Source: an uncultured delta proteobacterium
Lineage (GTDB): Bacteria; Desulfobacterota; Syntrophia; Syntrophales; UBA2185
Assembly: GCA_963729715.1 (NCBI GenBank)
Contig: CAVSPA010000007.1
Span: 192,001-256,000, forward strand
Length of the DNA stretch: 64,000 nt
Direction of reading: 5' to 3'
Shown: piece after piece, positions 57,896 to 64,000 of the stretch
How positions within the stretch are numbered: the stretch's first letter is position 1
Layout of the letters: each line of letters begins with the position of its first letter
Program-made: the position numbers and the translations under genes
The notes under the pieces: model-generated
Database searches by the model: none
What the model was told of the DNA's origin: nothing
Seen by the model: the letters and a program-made list of their open reading frames with translations, nothing else

Positions 57896-58084
57896 GAGAA
57901 GCAGTTCCGGTATCTGTTTCAAACTCAGCCTTACGGGCACACGGTATAAACAGGTGCAGATTTCTCCTCTGATCATCCGGTCCCTTTTCTAGATTTTGCA
58001 ACTATATTTAAGCTCGCATTTTTGAAAGCATTTATTCTATAATACTGCAAAATAAGTTTTTTACGCAGTGCCTATGAGTCACAC

Positions 58085-58696
58085 ATGCATGCCCTTCTTC
58101 TGACTATCACAAAATATTCTTATTTTGGCATTTTTGTCGCGTTGGGGCTAGGGATCCTGGGTCTTCCCTTTCCTGATGAGACTCTGATTGCATTTGTAGG
58201 CTTTTTAGTTTATGAAGGCAAACTAAGCTATCTCTATGCCCTTGCAGTCTGTTTCGTAGGGAGTTCAGCGGGCGTAACGCTTGGTTATATCCTTGGCAGG
58301 ACATTGGGAAATCGTTTAATAAAGAAATATTCCACCAAGCTGGGTGTAAATCCGGCTCATATTCAAGATGCAAAAAAGTTTTACGTGCGATATGGAAAAT
58401 TCGCGTTGTTCGCCGGTTATTTTATTCCAGGAGTAAGACATCTCACGGCCATTTTTGCGGGGTCATCCATTATGCCGTATCCGTTGTTTGCCGCCTTCGC
58501 CTATTCCGGGGCCGCGCTCTGGACGATTGTTTTTATGAATCTTGGATTCTTTCTCGGCGAGAAATGGGATCGCGTTTCCGCATATTCAAATCGCTACATT
58601 ATACCCCTTATCCTTGTTGCGACTATATCTCTTGTCATAGCGATTTATTGGAAAGGTATTGAGGGAAACTCAAATGAGCATGAAAAACAAAAATGA
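58085..58696 (+). CDS. DedA family membrane protein
   Basis: GLPFPDET, FIPGVRH and AG motifs. Confidence 0.92.
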   Translation: MHALLLTITKYSYFGIFVALGLGILGLPFPDETLIAFVGFLVYEGKLSYLYALAVCFVGSSAGVTLGYILGRTLGNRLIKKYSTKLGVNPAHIQDAKKFYVRYGKFALFAGYFIPGVRHLTAIFAGSSIMPYPLFAAFAYSGAALWTIVFMNLGFFLGEKWDRVSAYSNRYIIPLILVATISLVIAIYWKGIEGNSNEHEKQK

Positions 58697-58735
58697 AGAT
58701 ATCAACCAAATTCAGTAATGTGAGGAGAATGGACC

Positions 58736-58930
58736 ATGGCCACGATTATGCCCGAGGGAGAAGCTATTCGCAAAGCTGTAAAATGGATTTCTGATAAACT
58801 GCTCGATGATCCGAACAAGCCCGTTCAGAAACTTATCAATGAAGCAGTCATGCGCTTTGATCTCTCTCCGAAAGATGCCGTCTTTCTGGCAGACTTCTAC
58901 CGCAAAGGCAAGACGGGTGCACCAGAATAA
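58736..58930 (+). CDS. Small conserved hypothetical protein
   Basis: GEAIRKAVKWIS...FDLSPKD; GAGGAG RBS. Confidence 0.75.
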   Translation: MATIMPEGEAIRKAVKWISDKLLDDPNKPVQKLINEAVMRFDLSPKDAVFLADFYRKGKTGAPE

Positions 58931-59080
58931 TTTATTCGACAGGCGTTTGCGGGTATTTACAGTGGTTCGTTGGCGGCTGTGATCGGCAGCCTTGGCGTCT
59001 CCGAGATTCGTCTTCTGCTCAGCATAAAAATACGGTGGTTGAGCGGGTCTCTCCTGTCCGAGGAAAGAAGGAATGACGTT

Positions 59081-59272
59081 TTACTTTCTTGGGTGAGATT
59101 CGCGCCAGAGCATGCACGCAAGCCCTGCGAAGAACACAATTGCTATCGCGCTCACCCATAAGGGAATGTAAAGGCCATTGATGATGATCTCCCCTCCGAA
59201 GAGAACGCGGAGGAGATGCGCGAAGGCGATAAACGACAAGACCGCAACAGCGATAATCGTAAATGGCTTCAT
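59081..59272 (-). CDS. Small two-TM membrane protein
   Basis: AHLLR...IPLWVS pattern. Confidence 0.7.
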   Translation of the reverse strand: MKPFTIIAVAVLSFIAFAHLLRVLFGGEIIINGLYIPLWVSAIAIVFFAGLACMLWRESHPRK

Positions 59273-59385
59273 ATCTCCCGCTCCAGCCTTAGAGAAAAGA
59301 TGCTAAAGAGATTCACCTACCTCTTTCCAGAAATGGAAACCCCGCTCCTTTACGAAACGGGGCTTCAATTTCTTCGAACCTTGCC

Positions 59386-60558
59386 TTAGACTCTCTCAAA
59401 GATAGTTGCCGGAGCCATTCCCCCGCCCGTACACAGCGAAACCAGGGCGTAGCGGGCCTTTCGCCTTATAAGCTCATTGATTGCCGTGACGGTCAGGCGG
59501 CAACCGGAATTGCCGACAGGATGGCCGAGGGCAAGGGCACCTCCGTTCACATTGAGTTTGCGCTGATCAGCTTTGAGCTCCTTCGCCCAGGCAAGTGGTA
59601 TGGGTGCAAAGGCCTCATTGATCTCGAAGATGTCGATCGCGTCCATAGAGAGGCCGGCCTTCGTGAGAACCTTGGGAGTAACATAAATGGGACCTGTCAG
59701 CATGATCTCCGGATTGGATCCGACGACGGCGTTTGCAACTAAGCGAACAAGAGGTTTCAGCTTCAACTCCTTCACCTTCTCTTCGCTCATGAGAACCACC
59801 GCAGACGCGCCGTCCGTGATGGTGCTCGATATGCCTGCCGTTATCCACTTGGTATTCGGCAGAACTTTGAGGGCATAAAGGCTCTCCTGGGTTGTATCCG
59901 GCCTGATGGGTTCGTCCGTGTCCCTCACTGTTTCGTTGCCGTCTTTATCGACACCCTTTATGGGCAGAATCTCATTCTTAAAATATCCATTTACAGTTGC
60001 CGCATGGGCCTTCTTGTGGCTTGCTATGGCAAACTCATGACACTCATCGCGCGTGATCGCCCACTTGTCAGCGATCATCTGTGCGGCTGCAATCTGATCG
60101 GGTTTGCCATACTTGCTTGTGTAGAATGCCCCGAAGGGATTACCCATGGGTTTCCCCGTATACAGGGTGCCGTTCAAATCAGAAAACATCCCGTACTTGG
60201 TCAAGAGCTCGCATCCGCTCGCGATCACCACGTCCATCGTACCGGAAACAATCATGCCGTGCGCAAGCTGCACGGCAGTGAGGCTGCTTCCACACTGGCG
60301 GTTCACAGAGACACCCGGAACCGTCAGGGGGAGTTTTGAGGCCAATACTCCCATGCGCGCCAGGGTGAAGCCCTGCTCGCCTATCTGATACACGGTGCCG
60401 GTAATTACATCATCCACAATTGCAGGATCAAGATCAATCCTGCGAACCGTTTCATTTAGCACGGCGCCCAGAAGTTCCGGGGCCGTCCAGTTCCTGAGAA
60501 ATCCATTCTGCCTGCCGATAGGAGTCCTCACGGCGCTCACGATAAAAACGTCTTTCAT
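59386..60558 (-). CDS. Acetyl-CoA C-acyltransferase (thiolase)
   Basis: NRQCGSS, EINEAF, GHPVG and CTGGG motifs. Confidence 0.95.
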   Translation of the reverse strand: MKDVFIVSAVRTPIGRQNGFLRNWTAPELLGAVLNETVRRIDLDPAIVDDVITGTVYQIGEQGFTLARMGVLASKLPLTVPGVSVNRQCGSSLTAVQLAHGMIVSGTMDVVIASGCELLTKYGMFSDLNGTLYTGKPMGNPFGAFYTSKYGKPDQIAAAQMIADKWAITRDECHEFAIASHKKAHAATVNGYFKNEILPIKGVDKDGNETVRDTDEPIRPDTTQESLYALKVLPNTKWITAGISSTITDGASAVVLMSEEKVKELKLKPLVRLVANAVVGSNPEIMLTGPIYVTPKVLTKAGLSMDAIDIFEINEAFAPIPLAWAKELKADQRKLNVNGGALALGHPVGNSGCRLTVTAINELIRRKARYALVSLCTGGGMAPATIFERV

Positions 60559-60609
60559 GATTTTCCTCTCACCCTCTTGATATCAGTCCCCATCCATTAG
60601 CAGGAACGT

Positions 60610-61467
60610 CTATTTTTTTGCGTAATCATAAACTCCTTTGCCCGTTTTCCTTCCGAAGCGTCCTGCCCTGACCAGCTTCACCAGCAGGGGCGCAGGGCGG
60701 TACTTATCGCCGAGTTCCCTGTGCAGACCCTCCATGACGTGAAGCAGAGTCTCATTACCCACAAGGTCCGACAGGGCCAGGGGGCCGATAGGATGATTGC
60801 AGCCCAGCATCATGCCCTTGTCTATATCCTCTGCACTGGCTATGCCTTCATCAAGGGCGAAGAAGGCCTCGTTAAGCATGACACAAAGAATTCTGTTCAC
60901 CGCAAAGGCGGGCGCTTCCTTTACCACGATTACTTCCTTGCCGATCTTTTTCCCCCATTCCTTGGCAATCGCCAGGGTCTCATCGGATGTTTCGTAGCCT
61001 CTGATGATCTCGAGCAGGCGCATCACCGGTACGGGATTGAAGAAATGGGTCCCGATAAACCTCTCCGGCCGCTTCGTAATAGCCGCCATCTCCGTGATGG
61101 AGAGACCCGATGTGTTGCTGAAAAAAAGGCACTGTGACGGCACTGTCTGCTCCAGTTCCTTGTACACCTGTTTCTTGACATTCATCACCTCGATGACCAC
61201 CTCTACGACGACATCTGCCTTGCCTGCCGCCTCTTTGAGATCGAGGGTCGGTTTTATTCTGCCCAGAATTGCGTCCATATTCTCTTGGGTCTTTTTCCCT
61301 TTTTCCACGTCGCGGCTCAGGTTCTTTTTGATCGTATTGATCCCTGCATCGATGAACCTCTGTTCTATGTCTCTCAGGGTAACCTGAAACCCTGCCTGGG
61401 CGCATACCTGCGCAATGCCGCTTCCCATCAAACCGGCTCCTAAAACGCAAACATTCTTAATCTCCAT
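60610..61467 (-). CDS. hbd: 3-hydroxybutyryl-CoA dehydrogenase
   Basis: [24 protein letters not shown] and NHPIGPL motifs. Confidence 0.88.
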   Translation of the reverse strand: MEIKNVCVLGAGLMGSGIAQVCAQAGFQVTLRDIEQRFIDAGINTIKKNLSRDVEKGKKTQENMDAILGRIKPTLDLKEAAGKADVVVEVVIEVMNVKKQVYKELEQTVPSQCLFFSNTSGLSITEMAAITKRPERFIGTHFFNPVPVMRLLEIIRGYETSDETLAIAKEWGKKIGKEVIVVKEAPAFAVNRILCVMLNEAFFALDEGIASAEDIDKGMMLGCNHPIGPLALSDLVGNETLLHVMEGLHRELGDKYRPAPLLVKLVRAGRFGRKTGKGVYDYAKK

Positions 61468-61551
61468 ATTGGGTCTCCCTTTCTTATTCTAATATTTTCT
61501 GCACCGTGAAAACATATACAAAGTGCAACATTAATGGTGAATCACCTGATA

Positions 61552-63210
61552 CTATTTGCCGGCGAATATCCCTTTATAGCTCGCACGCATTTCCCTCTTG
61601 AGAATCTTTCCTGTCGGCGTCTTGGGAAGGGCATCGAGAAAGATTACTGCCTTAGGACACTTGAACTGGGCAAGTTCCTTCCGGCAGTGTTCCATAATCT
61701 CTTCCTGCGTAATTTTCTCGCCTTTCTTGGGAACGACCACGGCTGTTACCGCCTCAACCCACTTGGGATGCGGCAAACCGATGACGGCCACTTCCTGAAC
61801 TCTTTTATCCAGGTATATAGCCTCTTCCACTTCTCGCGTCGGGACATTTTCGCCGCCTGTTTTGATCATGTCTTTCTTCCGATCGGCAACGGTTATATAT
61901 CTATCTTCATCCATGACTCCGACATCGCCCGAATGGAACCAACCCCCCTTCATGGCTTCTTCCGTCTTCTCCGGATCCTTGAAATACATAGTCAATGCAT
62001 GGGGGCCCTTGCCGCAGATCTCTCCTGGGATACCCTGTTTATCAACGGGCTTAAACGCGTCGTCTTCGAGTCTCGTCTCCATGTTCAGACCGCCCATGCC
62101 TGCCGAACCAAGCTTGCTCAATGCATCCTTCGCCTTAAGAATTGTATGGTACGGCGCAAGTTCAGTCTGGCCGTAATAGTTGTAGATTCTGGTCCCCGGC
62201 AACCGCTCCATGAGTTCCTTTAGCACCTCGACGGGCATGATAGATGCGCCGTAGTAACACTTCTTGAGACTGGAGATGTCATACTTGCTAAAATCGGGAT
62301 GCCGCAAAATTCCGATCCAGACGGTCGGCGGTGCAAAGAAGAGCGTCGCTTTGTGGTCGGCAATGTTTTTGAGGATCTGACCGATATCAGGAGCTATCAA
62401 TACGTTTGTCCCCCCGACCCAGAAAATCGGGTTCATAAACACATCCCGCTGGGCGCAGTGATATATGGGAAGGGCATTGATAGATATGTCATCCTCATCG
62501 TACTGCCCGTCAATGATAGCCCCCATATACTGGGCCATCAAAGCCTGATTGCTAATGATAACGCCTTTCGGCAGTGTCTCCGTGCCACTCGTATAGGTCA
62601 TCTGCACGGGATCCTCGATATGAAGGATCGCCTCAGGTTCCTCCGCAGGATATTTTTTGTACCACGTATCAAAATCCCGGAATAGATCATTTGCAGGAGG
62701 TTTACCGGCGCCCTGATTGGACCATATCAATGTTTTGACGGTGGGCATATCATTGAGGACATCCTTCACTAGGTCATAGAGGCTGTCCTCCACGATAAAG
62801 ACCTTGCTCTCCGAGTGGTTTATACAGTAGGAGATATCCTTCCCCCTCAAGAGATAATTGATCGCCAGATATACGGCGCCTATCTTGGAGCATCCAAGCC
62901 AGGTCAAGACGTGGTGAATCGTGTTATGAGCCAGGATGGCGACACGGTCGTACTTCTGTATACCCAGCGCCGCGAGCGCATTGGCTGTCCGGTTGCACTC
63001 TGCTTCAAGCTGGGTATAAGTGAGCGTCTTATCCTGGAAGATCAGGGCCTTCTTATCAGGATAGTGGTAGCTGCTGCGTCGGATCATATCTGCAATGACC
63101 CAACGGTTAACATTGTTGTACCGATCCATGAGAAATTCGACATTCTCTTTATTCAGGGTGTGGTACCTTGCCTTCTCATTGTCCGTCAACGGTTTCCAGT
63201 TATCTGCCAT
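61552..63210 (-). CDS. Acyl-CoA synthetase (AMP-forming)
   Basis: YTSGTETLPKG, YGQTE, GWFHSGD and PKTPTGK motifs. Confidence 0.95.
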   Translation of the reverse strand: MADNWKPLTDNEKARYHTLNKENVEFLMDRYNNVNRWVIADMIRRSSYHYPDKKALIFQDKTLTYTQLEAECNRTANALAALGIQKYDRVAILAHNTIHHVLTWLGCSKIGAVYLAINYLLRGKDISYCINHSESKVFIVEDSLYDLVKDVLNDMPTVKTLIWSNQGAGKPPANDLFRDFDTWYKKYPAEEPEAILHIEDPVQMTYTSGTETLPKGVIISNQALMAQYMGAIIDGQYDEDDISINALPIYHCAQRDVFMNPIFWVGGTNVLIAPDIGQILKNIADHKATLFFAPPTVWIGILRHPDFSKYDISSLKKCYYGASIMPVEVLKELMERLPGTRIYNYYGQTELAPYHTILKAKDALSKLGSAGMGGLNMETRLEDDAFKPVDKQGIPGEICGKGPHALTMYFKDPEKTEEAMKGGWFHSGDVGVMDEDRYITVADRKKDMIKTGGENVPTREVEEAIYLDKRVQEVAVIGLPHPKWVEAVTAVVVPKKGEKITQEEIMEHCRKELAQFKCPKAVIFLDALPKTPTGKILKREMRASYKGIFAGK

Positions 63211-63465
63211 ACTTTATTCCCTCCCTTTTTTCTTGACCCCTTTTAAAAAATCAATGGTGTGAGCCCAGGGCGCGCCCTGGAACCATTTTCGCAATCATTT
63301 GGGATATGAAACTAAAGACGTTATTTGCAATAACCGTGATTGTAAATTCGACCTGCCGTGAGACCTTCTACCATATTTTTACCTATACTTCTTTAGATTT
63401 TTTTGCAAAAAATTTTCCGGAGGCCACGATCCGAAAAGAAAAGCCCCGTCAGGAACTTTTTTATT

Positions 63466-63494
63466 TTGACACAGAATTTCATTCTTACTATACT
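63466..63494 (+). promoter_or_regulatory. Sigma70-type promoter
   Basis: TTGACA-17 nt-TATACT. Confidence 0.6.
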
Positions 63495-63550
63495 TGAGCC
63501 TGTCAAAGACCGGATCCGCAAAAAGAATTCATGTCAAACGTTGGTGATTA

Positions 63551-64000
63551 ATGAGAGAGACCCTTGGCCAGTATTTAAGAAGGAAGCGGGAATCACACCT
63601 TATTTCACTGGAGGATATTGCCCAGGCCACCGGCATAAGCGTTCCTCTGATTAAGGCCTTGGAAGAAGACAATTTCCATGTCATCCCCCGGTCGGAGATG
63701 AGCATGAAATATTTAAGAAAATATGCCACGCATTTAAAATTAAACAAGAAAGACGTCGTGCATCGTTATGAGATGCAGTACGATCCTACTAATCAAACTA
63801 AACACTTGCCTCAATTATCCCTCTTCTCCTCGGGAAATACGTCTTACAAGCAAATAAAAGCCGAGAAGAGTCTTTTTCGGAAGCCTTCTTTCCAGGTCGT
63901 TCTCTGGTCAAGCGTCATCCTGTGGGCTCTCGTTTTCTTCTCCCTTTATGTCCACATTATGACGCCAAAGAAAGACACGCGTGAGAGTGGAGAGACACAT
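63551..64000 (+). CDS. RodZ-like HTH protein (runs off window; absent from ORF track)
   Basis: MRETLGQYLRRKRE...SLEDIAQATGIS...ALEED...YLRKYA, followed by a TM segment. Confidence 0.8.
   Translation, partial: MRETLGQYLRRKRESHLISLEDIAQATGISVPLIKALEEDNFHVIPRSEMSMKYLRKYATHLKLNKKDVVHRYEMQYDPTNQTKHLPQLSLFSSGNTSYKQIKAEKSLFRKPSFQVVLWSSVILWALVFFSLYVHIMTPKKDTRESGETH

Overview
About 64 kb of chromosome from an anaerobic bacterium, probably a deltaproteobacterium (Desulfobacterota/Syntrophales-like); the taxonomy is inferred from gene content and a HesB-like selenoprotein. The left third is housekeeping: redox-stress genes, nnr, ispB, the tmk-holB-PSP1-metG block and the xseA-xseB-ispA-dxs-tlyA-ispH isoprenoid block, in which IspH is fused to a UbiA-like membrane domain. 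The middle holds a PAS-kinase/NarL two-component pair and a GntP permease/3-hydroxyacid dehydrogenase/CoA-transferase/beta-keto acid cleavage operon interrupted by an IS200-like element. A deoxyhypusine-synthase-like gene with a candidate pseudoknot leader follows. Next is a 5.8-kb island integrated at tRNA-Ala(CGC). It carries a P4-type integrase, AlpA, an RHH regulator, a second tyrosine recombinase preceded by a ~230-nt multi-hairpin non-coding region, and an IS1595-like non-autonomous cassette with a beta-propeller lipoprotein passenger. The right part has two PilT-family ATPases, a Sec-containing HesB-like gene, an IS256 interrupting a small membrane gene, an atypical glyA, a Josephin-like cysteine peptidase candidate and a thiolase/hbd/acyl-CoA ligase cluster. 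All family assignments come from motif recognition by eye; no database searches were run.
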